Source of the DNA: Gemmatales bacterium
Lineage (GTDB): Bacteria > Planctomycetota > Planctomycetia > Gemmatales > HRBIN36
Assembly (NCBI GenBank): GCA_041640595.1
Contig: JBEPZY010000005.1
Coordinates: forward strand, 1 to 64,000
DNA length: 64,000 bases
Direction of reading: 5' to 3'
Part shown: in pieces, positions 9,909-19,691 of the stretch
Position numbering within the stretch: position 1 is the first letter of the stretch
Layout of the letters: every line of letters begins with the position of its first letter
The notes under the pieces: generated by a model
Told to the model about the DNA's origin: nothing
What the model saw: only the letters and a program-made list of their open reading frames with translations
Databases searched by the model: none
Position numbers and translations under genes: made by a program

Positions 9909-10661
9909 GTGTGGAATTTCCAGGGCAAAACGGTTCTGGTAACCGGGAGTTCGCGCGGCCTGGGTAAAACTCTCATCGAACAATTTGCCGAGGCCGGCGC
10001 TCAGTGCGTCATTAACTACTTCGCAGACCCCGACGGAAACAATCAGCGCGATGCCGAATCGCTGGCCGCGAGTCTGCACCAGCGCGGTTGCAGCGCTTTC
10101 GTTGTTCAGGCCGATGTTCGTCAAGCTCAGGCTGTTGCGAACATGATGCGGGAAATCGCGGGTAAGTTTGGCGGTCTCGACATCCTCGTCAACAATGCCG
10201 GTATCTGCCGCGACCGCACCGTCAAAAACATGACGCTGGACGACTGGCACAGCGTCGTGGAAACGAATTTGCACGGAACGTTTTATTGCTGCAAGTACGG
10301 CCTGGAAGTGTTGCGCGACGGTGGGCGGATTATCAACATCGCCTCCATTTCCGCCTGGGCATGTTTTCACGGTCAGGCGAATTACGCCGCTGCCAAGGCA
10401 GGAGTGATTGCTCTGACCAAAGTGCTGGCCAAAGAGCTGGGTCGCCGGCGTATCACTGTCAATGCGGTGGCACCAGGACTGATGCGGACTCCCATGCTGC
10501 AAGCGATTCGCCCGGAAGTCCTGGCCGAGTACGAAAAACAGATTCCGCTGGGTCGCATCGCAGAAACTATGGACGTAGCTCAGGCGGTGCTCTTCCTCGC
10601 TTCGCCCCTGGCCAGCTATATTACCGGTCAGGTGCTGCCGGTCAGCGGCGGATGGTGGTAA
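9909..10661 (+). CDS. FabG-like SDR oxidoreductase (3-oxoacyl-ACP reductase family)
   Basis: TGSSRGLG, NNAG, S..., YAAAK, VNAVAPG. Confidence 0.85.
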   Translation: MWNFQGKTVLVTGSSRGLGKTLIEQFAEAGAQCVINYFADPDGNNQRDAESLAASLHQRGCSAFVVQADVRQAQAVANMMREIAGKFGGLDILVNNAGICRDRTVKNMTLDDWHSVVETNLHGTFYCCKYGLEVLRDGGRIINIASISAWACFHGQANYAAAKAGVIALTKVLAKELGRRRITVNAVAPGLMRTPMLQAIRPEVLAEYEKQIPLGRIAETMDVAQAVLFLASPLASYITGQVLPVSGGWW

Positions 10662-10672
10662 GGGATTCCCTC

Positions 10673-10987
10673 ATGCGGGAACTGATCGTCGTGGTCAAAC
10701 CTTTCAAAGCGCAGGCCGTTCTCGAAGCAATTGCCGACATCGAGACCCGCGGCTGTATCGTCCGCGAAGTCAAAGGATATGGTCGGCAAAAGACCTACCT
10801 GGAAAAATACCTGGGCAGTGAATACGAGACGGCGTTTCTGCCGAAGGTGGAGTTCACCGTGTGGGTGGACGACGAGCTGCGCGACGAAGTGGTGCAGCGA
10901 ATCACCCGCGCTGCACGCACCGGTCGCATCGGGGATGGCAAGATTTTCATTCTGGAAACCGCCTGGCCGGAAGCAATCGAATTCTGA
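10673..10987 (+). CDS. PII-family nitrogen regulatory protein
   Basis: VKPFK, EVKGYGRQK, T-loop YLGSEY, FLPKVE, RTGRIGDGKIF; ATG 10673. Confidence 0.92.
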   Translation: MRELIVVVKPFKAQAVLEAIADIETRGCIVREVKGYGRQKTYLEKYLGSEYETAFLPKVEFTVWVDDELRDEVVQRITRAARTGRIGDGKIFILETAWPEAIEF

Positions 10988-11044
10988 GCGACTTGTCGAG
11001 CGGCCGAGTTTGCATAGGCTGTTAGCGCTGGCAGGAGTAATCTC

Positions 11045-11575
11045 ATGCAACTCAGCGAACTGCTTACGTGCAGCTGGTTTCTGGCCGCTTTTCTCATCGC
11101 CATTGGGTTAGCGGCTGCGATTCACGCCGTCTGGCAATCGTACCGCCAGCTGGAACCGGAATCGTTAACCGCAGCCGACCGGCGTTACCTGCGGATACGC
11201 GGTGCCCTGCGCATCAGTGCCGGCGTGTTGCTGGTGGTAAGCGGTGTGCTGCTGGCCTACATTGGGGCTGTCCCGCTCGATCAACTTGAGTTCCTGGCTA
11301 ACCAGATCCGCCAGGCTCCGGAACGGGCTCGGGAGTTGCGGACTCCGGAAAATCAAGCTGCCATCACCCGGGCCATGACGCTGGTGATGCTGGTAGGTGG
11401 CTGTGCCCTGGTGCTCATTGGCATTGCCCTGACCGAGTTGTTCATGACCTGGATTTACGGTTGGCGGAAACGTTACGAGCTGCACCAGGCGCGACAGGCG
11501 TATCTGGCTCAGCAGGCACTGGTTGCCCAGCAGGCTCGCGGTGTGGTCAGCCCATCCGCCGAGCAGCAAACTTAG
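11045..11575 (+). CDS. Hypothetical membrane protein (about 3 TM)
   Basis: AGGAG RBS; three hydrophobic segments. Confidence 0.65.
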   Translation: MQLSELLTCSWFLAAFLIAIGLAAAIHAVWQSYRQLEPESLTAADRRYLRIRGALRISAGVLLVVSGVLLAYIGAVPLDQLEFLANQIRQAPERARELRTPENQAAITRAMTLVMLVGGCALVLIGIALTELFMTWIYGWRKRYELHQARQAYLAQQALVAQQARGVVSPSAEQQT

Positions 11576-11768
11576 CCGACTCCGCGACGGTTTGCTTCAG
11601 GCCCCAAAAACCCTGTTCTGGCGCTCGCCTGGCGCACCGGATGGGTGTGCCGAGAACTCTGGTGGCCACGCTGATCCTGGACATGCAGCGTAAGGATCGC
11701 GCTTTTCTCGACAGCTGCCACTGCGGTAACTGCGTTGTCCACGACAAGAGTCGCCTGGAAGATGGCAG

Positions 11769-12182
11769 CTAGCCTGGCTTCCAGCGTCGGAGCAACTCCG
11801 CCACCTTTTCCGCAGACAACCCTTGCAGCAGGACTTCCTTTCTTCGCTGGGTTGACCCGTGCATCAAGCGGATGCGGTCGCTGGGAAGATCGAACAGTTC
11901 CCGCAAGAAGTGGAGCAAAGCGGCATTGGCCTTGCCATTTTCGGGAGGCGGTTTGACAGCGATCCGCAAAGCGTCACCGTGCGGCCCGAGGATACCCTCC
12001 CGGCGTGCCCTGGGTTGCAGCCAGATTACCAGGACACATCCTTGCGGATGGGGTTTGAGGAAGGCTGGGGGCTCACCCGAAGTTTGCGACGTGGCCGTCA
12101 CGGAAGTGCCTGCCGATCGTTCACAGCTGCTTGCTGATCTTCCCGCCACGAGATCGTCCGTGGCCATCGCGGAAATGCCCAC
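11769..12182 (-). CDS. DUF167/YggU-family protein (start uncertain)
   Basis: LQPRARREGI..., LRIAVKPPPENGKANAAL, G.TQRRK.V. Confidence 0.85.
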   Translation of the reverse strand: MGISAMATDDLVAGRSASSCERSAGTSVTATSQTSGEPPAFLKPHPQGCVLVIWLQPRARREGILGPHGDALRIAVKPPPENGKANAALLHFLRELFDLPSDRIRLMHGSTQRRKEVLLQGLSAEKVAELLRRWKPG

Positions 12183-12284
12183 CGATGCGTTCCTGGCCCG
12201 GCGGATGTGTCTCCATTATGCGGCCGCCTGGGTTGAACCGCCAATCGTTCGCTTTGTCTTAGCGGCCCGGTGGCGGTGTGCTCA

Positions 12285-15200
12285 TTATGCGACCGCCGGC
12301 CGAAAACTCCGCCAGTAGCGTAGCGGCAAAAGTCCGATCCCGATAAGCGCCAGTTGCGATAACCAGAACACGCTCAGCCAGAAGGTCGCGCCGTCCATTC
12401 GCCCATACGAGTGCAGGCCAATTCCCATCTGATTTGTACCAAACCAGCTCCAGGCGGTTACGATGTTCCCCAGCAGGCAGAGCAAAGCGAAGCCGCGCTG
12501 CTTCACGATCCCACCCCAGCGGGCATGCAAAGCCAGAGCATTAACCAGCACAATCAGCAAAGCGCCATTCTCCTTCGGGTCCCAACCCCAGAATCGTCCC
12601 CAGGAGACATCCGCCCACAATCCGCCGAGCACTGTGCCGGTGAAGCTGAACAGGATGGCGAAGCACACGGTGCCGTACATCATGCCGTAGAGAGTCCGCA
12701 GCACGTTCGCTTGTGCCAGCGCCGACGTCGTCAGCCCGACCAGCACGAAAGCAATAGCGATCGCCCCAGCCAGGAACGTGGCCGTGTAGCCGAGGGTGAT
12801 GCAGGTCACGTGAGTAGCCAGCCAGAAATTGGTGTCGAGCACAGCCTGGAGCACACCGAGCGTATCATCCGTGGCCAAGTGGTGGGCAATGATCAGCGAA
12901 ATACCGCCCAATGCTGCCGCAGCGGCGTTGCCGATACCCAGACGGTAGATGCGTTCCAGAACCAGACCGAGAACCGCACCAGCCCAGCCAATGAAGATCG
13001 CCGAGGAATACAGATTCGTAACCGGGGGTCGGCCCTGCAAATACATGCGAACCAGCAGACCCACGGTGTGCATCACCGCGGCCACCACCAGCATCCCGAA
13101 CACTGCCTGCTGGAAGCGGCGCGGCCAGACAGAACTGCCATAATACAGCAGAAAGCCCAGGCTGGATAACACGAAAGCCAGCCCGTACACCAGGGCCGTG
13201 TGGTAAAACACTTCCGAGCGGTTGAAAGCGGCTTCCAGTCGCGCCTTACGCAGCGTCCAACCCGGTTGCGTCGTTTGCAGATACTGGCGATAATCGCCTA
13301 CCGCTTCGTTGAAACGACGGGCATCCTGGTCACGCCAGGCCTGGAGAATCTTCTCGAAATGCCGGTAGCTCTCGGACTGGGCTTCTTCCATAGCCGCTTG
13401 CAATTGTGGGGCATACTTTTCGGCTAGCTGTTCCAGGAGGCGTTTATCCCTGCGAGCAGCTTCGAGTTCCCCAGCCGGTAAGGAGTTCAGGAACTTGCGA
13501 GCGGCCAGTTCAAAGGCCAGCTGTGCCGACCAGTAATTCTGCCAATCTTCCAGTTGTCCGCTGGCTGGTGCGATAGGGCGAATTTCCTCGCCCAGATCGA
13601 AACGTGCTCGCAAGTCGGGATGGTCGAGCCTGGCCAGGCGCTGATAAAGCAACAGCTGGTTCGCCAAACGCAGTATTTGCCGGTCGAAAACGGTTTGTTC
13701 TTCTTTAGCCCGCCGCTGCGCATCGCTGGCCTTGTGCAGAAGGACATCAATCCGGTCGCGGAATTCTGCGAGGGCGTAACGATGGCCGGGCCGATCGGGA
13801 AGTTGCAGCAGCGCTCGCACTTCGTCGTTGTCAATGCGGAAGACGCGATGTTGTTCGGCCTGGGGACGACCGGCCAGCACATCCAGCAAAAAGATAATGG
13901 CCGGCTGGGTGCGGCCCTGGGTGTCGGTGAATGTCTGCCGGCCGGAAATCGCCATCAGGCTGGTGCGGGCTACGGTGTCCCACGGCTTGATCCGCGCCTG
14001 CAACACCGGCAACGAACCAAATTCGTTCACCTCAAACTCTTTCACCGCACCAAGTGGTAGCCAGGGGAGAATCAAATAAACGGCTGCGATAGCACCGGCG
14101 AGCCTGGGTAGCATGCGCAGCAACCGCGACTCCATATCCGGCACAAAAGGCGTGTGATCCCGACGGTTCGGCTCGTTGCGGCTGCCGATCCGGTGTGTTC
14201 TGGCTGCGCGGGAAGCTGGAACGGTTACCTCGGCCGCGCCGGCTTGGCCTGGTTCAGTTTCCGCGTTGGGAGTACCCCTGGCCGAGCTGCGCCGTACAAA
14301 CCCGAGCAAATGGAGCGAAAAATGCGCGAGCATCCCCAGCGCGACCATCAAACAGCCAATATAAGGCAGCCAGCGACCCGGATTGCGTACCACCTGCAAA
14401 ATGGTTCCACTATTGTCCGGCAAATAACCCGACTGGTAGAAGGTCAACCCTGCGTAACTGAGCGGCTGGTTCATGGTGATCACCACATCCCGACCCTCCG
14501 GGTTGCCCTCATCGTAAAGGCGAATATCGCTGCGAAACTCTTTAGGTATGGTCGTGCCGGGATAAGTGGTGTGCACGAACTGTTTGAGTTCGAAGGTGCA
14601 GGGGAGGTAAATGCGTTCGCGGCGCAGGCTCAGTTCATAAGTATGCTCGCCCATCGGCACCAGAATCGGGGCAAACGTCAGCAGACGCCGATTGGCATTG
14701 CGGTCCATCCACAGGGATAACACGTATTCTCCGATGGGTTTGCCGCTCTCTTTGTCCAGCAAACGCAAATGAACTGCGGGCAAATCGTCGCCGGGATTGA
14801 CCCCCGGGGTTTCTGGGGCTGGGGTGATGCGAATCCGCTGGCCATCGGTCGTCCACACCACAAACGGCTCGGCTTTTTGTGAGGCGTCGGTTTCACGAAG
14901 AATCTCGAAAGCGCTGTTTTTCCAGGCGGCCAGGATTTCCACATCTGCTGGCAGCTCGGCATGGCTGATGCGTACCGGTGCCTGGAGATCGGGAATCAAC
15001 CAGTAGCGATGCGGAATCACCACCGTTTCCTCAGCATCGCTGCGATCCGTACGCCGAAACGCGATTTCCCAGCGAAGTGCGTGTTCGAGGAAATTGCTGC
15101 GTTCGCCGACCTGAAGTGTCATGCTCGCTTCGATGGCCGCCAGTCCGGTGATAAGTTCGCCCAGCATCAAAACGATCACGCCCGCATGCAACACCCAGAC

Positions 15201-15605
15201 CCCGAACCATCTCCAGCCGAGCCGAAATTGCACCAGCAATGCCGCCAGGAAATTGATCAGCAATATCCATCCCAGCAACCAGCCTCCGGGAAAGGGGATT
15301 TGCCACTCCAGGTTTCGCAATGCCGGGATGGTGTCCAATCCGGGGACGTGCGCGAGCAGTTTGAGCGGTAACCAGACGATGCCTTGAGAGCGGAAGTATT
15401 TTTGCACGACCGTCCAGATGCCCATTTCCACCTGGGCGAGCGTGCCGAAAAAGACCAGCACCAACGCCAGGCTGAACACAATCACAGTGACCCAGAGTGA
15501 ACCAGCCAGACGCAGGATCACGTTCAGACCCTGACGAATGGCCGGCAGCACCGGCGAAGTCGGCTGACCCTGATGGTCTGCGTTATGCAGTGCCAGAAGG
15601 CTCAT
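12285..15605 (-). CDS. ccsA: Fused system II cytochrome c biogenesis protein (ResB/CcsB-like plus CcsA)
   Basis: N-terminal GTLAQ, HAG and ITMNQPLSYAGLTFYQSGY (ResB-like); C-terminal WLATHV, WADVSWGRFWGWDPKE (WWD) and GLHSYG. Confidence 0.9.
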   Translation of the reverse strand: MSLLALHNADHQGQPTSPVLPAIRQGLNVILRLAGSLWVTVIVFSLALVLVFFGTLAQVEMGIWTVVQKYFRSQGIVWLPLKLLAHVPGLDTIPALRNLEWQIPFPGGWLLGWILLINFLAALLVQFRLGWRWFGVWVLHAGVIVLMLGELITGLAAIEASMTLQVGERSNFLEHALRWEIAFRRTDRSDAEETVVIPHRYWLIPDLQAPVRISHAELPADVEILAAWKNSAFEILRETDASQKAEPFVVWTTDGQRIRITPAPETPGVNPGDDLPAVHLRLLDKESGKPIGEYVLSLWMDRNANRRLLTFAPILVPMGEHTYELSLRRERIYLPCTFELKQFVHTTYPGTTIPKEFRSDIRLYDEGNPEGRDVVITMNQPLSYAGLTFYQSGYLPDNSGTILQVVRNPGRWLPYIGCLMVALGMLAHFSLHLLGFVRRSSARGTPNAETEPGQAGAAEVTVPASRAARTHRIGSRNEPNRRDHTPFVPDMESRLLRMLPRLAGAIAAVYLILPWLPLGAVKEFEVNEFGSLPVLQARIKPWDTVARTSLMAISGRQTFTDTQGRTQPAIIFLLDVLAGRPQAEQHRVFRIDNDEVRALLQLPDRPGHRYALAEFRDRIDVLLHKASDAQRRAKEEQTVFDRQILRLANQLLLYQRLARLDHPDLRARFDLGEEIRPIAPASGQLEDWQNYWSAQLAFELAARKFLNSLPAGELEAARRDKRLLEQLAEKYAPQLQAAMEEAQSESYRHFEKILQAWRDQDARRFNEAVGDYRQYLQTTQPGWTLRKARLEAAFNRSEVFYHTALVYGLAFVLSSLGFLLYYGSSVWPRRFQQAVFGMLVVAAVMHTVGLLVRMYLQGRPPVTNLYSSAIFIGWAGAVLGLVLERIYRLGIGNAAAAALGGISLIIAHHLATDDTLGVLQAVLDTNFWLATHVTCITLGYTATFLAGAIAIAFVLVGLTTSALAQANVLRTLYGMMYGTVCFAILFSFTGTVLGGLWADVSWGRFWGWDPKENGALLIVLVNALALHARWGGIVKQRGFALLCLLGNIVTAWSWFGTNQMGIGLHSYGRMDGATFWLSVFWLSQLALIGIGLLPLRYWRSFRPAVA

Positions 15606-15686
15606 GTGCTCACTCCATCCAACCGGTTCGGGGAGTTTGTCCCCGACCGATTGCGAAAGCCGGGGGCGTTTCCTTCCTCAGTTATC

Positions 15687-16340
15687 CTATCGCGGTCGGC
15701 CTGGCCCGGTGAGTTCGACGAGGAAGAATTCGTGGTGTTCGGTTTTCAGCGGGCTGACGAGCTTTTTCGCTTCGGCATCGGCGAGCGGGGGCAAACCCAC
15801 CATGCCCCGCCAGCGATTGACGTTGCCAGCAATATCCCCGCCCTGTCCCGGCGGAAAACGCACGACTACCAATTCCGGTGCCTGTTCATCCTGGCCCAGG
15901 CGAAACGTTGCATATCGGCCAGGCGTGGAGCGTTGCTCCTGCTGCCAGCCTGGCGGTAAACGCCAGTTTGCTTTTTCCGCAGACAGTTGCACCGAGCGCA
16001 GGAAATCCACAAACGCGTTTCGCTGCGGCTCGATTTTTTCCTTCGGCCCCAGGACGCGGAAGAACCATCCGGTGTCGTTCACCCAGGTCATAGCACCAAG
16101 CAACATCTGAGCAGCGCTCGCTGCGGGCGAAGCAGCGGTCGGCCAGGGTTCGACACGCGGAGCAGTGTAACGGCGAATTTCCGGCTCCTGCTGACAGCCA
16201 GCTGTCAGCCCTACGGCGAGCATCAGCACCAATCCGCCTGCTGGCGCGATGATCTTGGCCGGCCAGACCGATACCGTTACGTGGCCAGCCAGCAATCTGC
16301 GTTTATTCTCCCAGCGCTGCATGGTAAATTTCCCGCCCAA
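15687..16340 (-). CDS. Hypothetical lipoprotein upstream of ccsBA
   Basis: Lipobox-like LTAGC; W.LPPGW and NVNRWRGMVGLPP motifs. Confidence 0.65.
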   Translation of the reverse strand: MGGKFTMQRWENKRRLLAGHVTVSVWPAKIIAPAGGLVLMLAVGLTAGCQQEPEIRRYTAPRVEPWPTAASPAASAAQMLLGAMTWVNDTGWFFRVLGPKEKIEPQRNAFVDFLRSVQLSAEKANWRLPPGWQQEQRSTPGRYATFRLGQDEQAPELVVVRFPPGQGGDIAGNVNRWRGMVGLPPLADAEAKKLVSPLKTEHHEFFLVELTGPGRPR

Positions 16341-16742
16341 TCCAGCGAAAGCACTTGTATCCGTGTAATGCCCCGCCAGCAGATCAGCGATCCGCCCTCA
16401 TGCACCACGATAGCCCGCTCTTTGGGACAGAACAGGGAGTCCGGTCTTCTGCACGGGGCCGATGATATTGGTTCTCGGTCGTCGGTTGTTTCTGGGTATG
16501 CTCACGAGTGGCAGGAACCAGAACTGCGAAGTTTTCGGTCTGGCACACGCACTTGGGCATGGGCGACACTGGGGGCGGAATCCGTTGAGGTACGCCGGTT
16601 CCTTTTTCGTTTCCTGGCGGGAAGGCATTGCGGCAAGCGGCGGGTGCAAGTAGAGCGGCTTGCAATACGGACGGGCGAACCTGCATCGGCGGGCCGAAGT
16701 TTATTCGGGCAAGACGGCTCAATATATCATAGGCTCCTTGCC

Positions 16743-17780
16743 TCAGGAAACCAGGCTATCCGCCAGGGCTTCCAGTACCAGGGCCAGGTGGAGTCGGCGA
16801 TCGATTTGATAGTCGGCCATCATGCAGCGATCCAGCCGGCGGAGCAGTTCGGGCACACTCAGCCGATCCACGACCGCGGCGGCATATTTTTTGTCCTGCT
16901 CGGAAAGTTGCTGGCCGATCTGCTTGTCGGTGTGCAGCCGGAGAGCCAGGCGATACAGTTCGACGAGAAATCCGACAGCCAGGTGAGCGCGTTGCCGCTG
17001 GCTGGCGGAATCTTTCCCGGCCGACTCCACGAAGGTCAGCATCAGCTCCGCCACGTGCACGGCGTCGCTGTTCCCGCCGCTGAGGCTTTCCCACAATTTT
17101 TGCCGGAATGACCAGACTTCGGGATTGGCCAGCAGACGGGCTTGCGTCAGACTGCCCTGAGACAGTCGGGCAATCCGTAAGGCTTCCGGTTGCGATTTCA
17201 CCAATCCTTGCTCGCGCAGGTAATCCGCCACGACCTGCTCCGGCAACGGATGAAAATAGACAATCTGGCAGCGCGAACGAATGGTCGGGAGTTGATAATC
17301 CGGACTGGTGCCGAGCAAAATCAGAATGGAACGCGGCGGGGGCTCTTCGAGGGTCTTGAGGAAGGCGTTGGCGGATTCTTCATTCAGCGTGTCGGCATCG
17401 TCGAGCACCACGAGCCGGTATTGGCTCCGCGCTGGTTTGACGCTCAGGATACGGATCACTTCGTGGATCAGTTCCAGCGGGAATTCATGCTTTTCAGCAG
17501 GCAAGCCGAGGTAGCGGAAATCCGGATGCGTACCGGCATCGAACCAGCGACAGGCGGGGCAGTTCTGGCAGGCCGCAAATGCCTCCGGTTCCGCCCCGGT
17601 AGCAGAAGCGGGAGCACGGTTTTCACACAGCAAGGTTTTGGCCAGCGCCAGAGCAAACGTGCGTTTGCCGACACCTTCCGGGCCAACGAACAAATAAGCG
17701 TGGGCCAACCGGTGCCGGGCCGCGGCCTGGGCGAATTGTTGCACCAGGTGCTCATGACCGCGAATGTGCCGAAAGGACAC
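16743..17780 (-). CDS. holB: DNA polymerase III subunit delta-prime
   Basis: HAYLFVGPEGVGK, Zn cysteines, HPD, ANAFLKTLEEPP, LPTIRSRC; GTG 17780 overlaps tmk. Confidence 0.93.
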   Translation of the reverse strand: MSFRHIRGHEHLVQQFAQAAARHRLAHAYLFVGPEGVGKRTFALALAKTLLCENRAPASATGAEPEAFAACQNCPACRWFDAGTHPDFRYLGLPAEKHEFPLELIHEVIRILSVKPARSQYRLVVLDDADTLNEESANAFLKTLEEPPPRSILILLGTSPDYQLPTIRSRCQIVYFHPLPEQVVADYLREQGLVKSQPEALRIARLSQGSLTQARLLANPEVWSFRQKLWESLSGGNSDAVHVAELMLTFVESAGKDSASQRQRAHLAVGFLVELYRLALRLHTDKQIGQQLSEQDKKYAAAVVDRLSVPELLRRLDRCMMADYQIDRRLHLALVLEALADSLVS

Positions 17781-18378
17781 GCGTAAACTCTCGCTGTAAA
17801 TCCGCCAGCACCTCGGCGACCGGTCGCTGGGCGGAGACGACAATCATTTTATCCGGGTGGCGCTGGGCCTCATGGAGGTAGGCTTGACGAACCCGCTGCA
17901 GAAATTCCAGACCACGCTGCTCGAACGCATCGGCCGGGGTGGGCTTGCGCTGCGGAACACACTCAGCAGGAAGGTCGAGCACCACGGTCAGGTGGGGCAG
18001 GGTATTCTGCGTTGCCCACTGCCCTAGCCGCCAGATCTCTTCTGGCTCTAATCCTCCCACGTGTCCCTGATACACCACACTGGCCAGCAGGAACCGATCC
18101 ACCAGAACAATCTCACCGCGTTCGAGAGCCGGACGGATCACCTCGGCCACCAGCTGCGCCCGACTGGCCATAAACAGCAACAGTTCGCTCATGACGGTGA
18201 TCGACCGGTGGCCCAGGAGGATTTCGCGTAACCGTTCCCCTAACGCTGTGCCGCCCGGATCCCGACACAGTGTCACCGACCGGCCCTGATGGCGTAACCA
18301 TTTGGCCAGGAGTCGGCACTGCGTGGTCTTGCCAGAACCGTCTATTCCGTCGAGCGAGAAAAAATATCCCTGCGGCAT
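17752..18378 (-). CDS. tmk: Thymidylate kinase
   Basis: DGIDGSGKTTQ P-loop, RDPGGT, LLFMASRAQ, DRF, YQG. Confidence 0.95.
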   Translation of the reverse strand: MPQGYFFSLDGIDGSGKTTQCRLLAKWLRHQGRSVTLCRDPGGTALGERLREILLGHRSITVMSELLLFMASRAQLVAEVIRPALERGEIVLVDRFLLASVVYQGHVGGLEPEEIWRLGQWATQNTLPHLTVVLDLPAECVPQRKPTPADAFEQRGLEFLQRVRQAYLHEAQRHPDKMIVVSAQRPVAEVLADLQREFTRVLSAHSRS

Positions 18379-18526
18379 GGGACACCTTCGGGAAGGCAGA
18401 TATTCGCGATGGTGGATACGGAAAGCCCGTGTCGGTTGGCGTGGTCGAGGAATGTCGCGGCTGTTGCAGCACACACCGCGAGCAGAAGCCGTCGGCCGCT
18501 GCGATAGAGTCTGGCAGAGCCGGCTG

Positions 18527-18772
18527 TCAGTCGAAAGTTTGCATGATGGCGATTTTCTGGCCGACGTGTAAAAGCTCCTGCGGCCCGACCAGGCGTTCGA
18601 GAAGCACGCCGTCGGCCGGAGCATCCAGGTCCACCGCTGCCCCGGGCAAAACCAGTTCGGCCAGGCGATCGCCTTCGGCCAGCAGATCGCCTTCCTGGGC
18701 GTACCAGAGGCTGAGGCGGATCGGCTCCGGTGTGGGCGAGCCGAAATCAGGAACGCAAATCTCCATCCGCAT
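18527..18772 (-). CDS. Stand-alone lipoyl/biotinyl-fold domain lacking the acceptor lysine
   Basis: W..QEGD...EGD.L.E......VDLDAPADGVL scaffold; the canonical ETDKA turn reads VLPGA. Confidence 0.8.
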   Translation of the reverse strand: MRMEICVPDFGSPTPEPIRLSLWYAQEGDLLAEGDRLAELVLPGAAVDLDAPADGVLLERLVGPQELLHVGQKIAIMQTFD

Positions 18773-19691
18773 GGCGAGGCGACACGAAAGCATCGGCGTG
18801 ATAACTGGAGCGAACGAAAGGCCCGCTGGCGACATGGCGAAAACCGAGTCGGCGAGCCAGTTCGCCCAGTTCGGCAAATTCTTCAGGCGGAACGTACCGA
18901 ACCACGGGGAGATGTTTCAGACTCGGAGCCAGGTACTGTCCGAGGGTGAGGCAATCGCAGCCGTGCTCGCGCAGATCAGCCAGCACTTCCAGCAGCTCGT
19001 CGCGTGTTTCGCCCAGCCCGAGCATCAGTCCGCTTTTGGTCAGGATGTGCGGGGCTTGTCGTTTGACGTGGGCGAGCAGGTTGAGACTGCGGCGATAGTC
19101 GGCCCGTCCGCGTACCTTACGGTACAGGCGTGGCACCGTTTCGACGTTGTGATTGAAAACGTCAGGTTGACCGGCGAGCACGCGATCCACCGCCTGCAAA
19201 TTGCCGAGAAAGTCGGGCGTCAGCACTTCCAGCGTGGCCGGGCTTCGCTGCCGCACAGCCACCAGGCAGCGGTAAAACTGTTCCGCACCGCCATCGGGCA
19301 GGTCATCGCGTGTTACCGAGGTGATCACTACGTGCCGCAGACCGAGTCGGCAAACGGCTTCGGCGAGTCGTTCCGGCTCATCGGGTTCCACGGCTTGCGG
19401 ATGGCCTCGCGCCACCGCGCAGAAACCACACGGCCGCGTGCAGATGTTGCCCAGAATCATGAACGTTGCGGTACGACGGCTGTAGCATTCGGGCAGATTG
19501 GGACAGCGAGCGTTTTCGCAAACCGTCTCCAGACGCAGTTCGCGGAGCAGGCGATGCGTGTAAAAGTTTTCGTTGCCCCGCGGTAACGGTTTTTTCAACC
19601 AGCGGGGCAAGCGCCGACCTGACGGAACTTTCGTTCCGGCAGGCTCGCCAGTACCGTGCGACCCAGCTTCAACGAGGGGTAATGCGTGCAC
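18747..19691 (-). CDS. lipA: Lipoyl synthase (radical SAM)
   Basis: CENARCPNLPEC (CX4CX5C), CTRPCGFC (CX3CX2C), HNVETV, RSSY all intact. Confidence 0.95.
   Translation of the reverse strand: MHALPLVEAGSHGTGEPAGTKVPSGRRLPRWLKKPLPRGNENFYTHRLLRELRLETVCENARCPNLPECYSRRTATFMILGNICTRPCGFCAVARGHPQAVEPDEPERLAEAVCRLGLRHVVITSVTRDDLPDGGAEQFYRCLVAVRQRSPATLEVLTPDFLGNLQAVDRVLAGQPDVFNHNVETVPRLYRKVRGRADYRRSLNLLAHVKRQAPHILTKSGLMLGLGETRDELLEVLADLREHGCDCLTLGQYLAPSLKHLPVVRYVPPEEFAELGELARRLGFRHVASGPFVRSSYHADAFVSPRHADGDLRS

Noticed and set aside
16540..16560. tggcacacgcacttgg sigma-54-like motif
   Set aside because: Wrong spacing, no -12 GC, and it points away from the neighbouring gene start.
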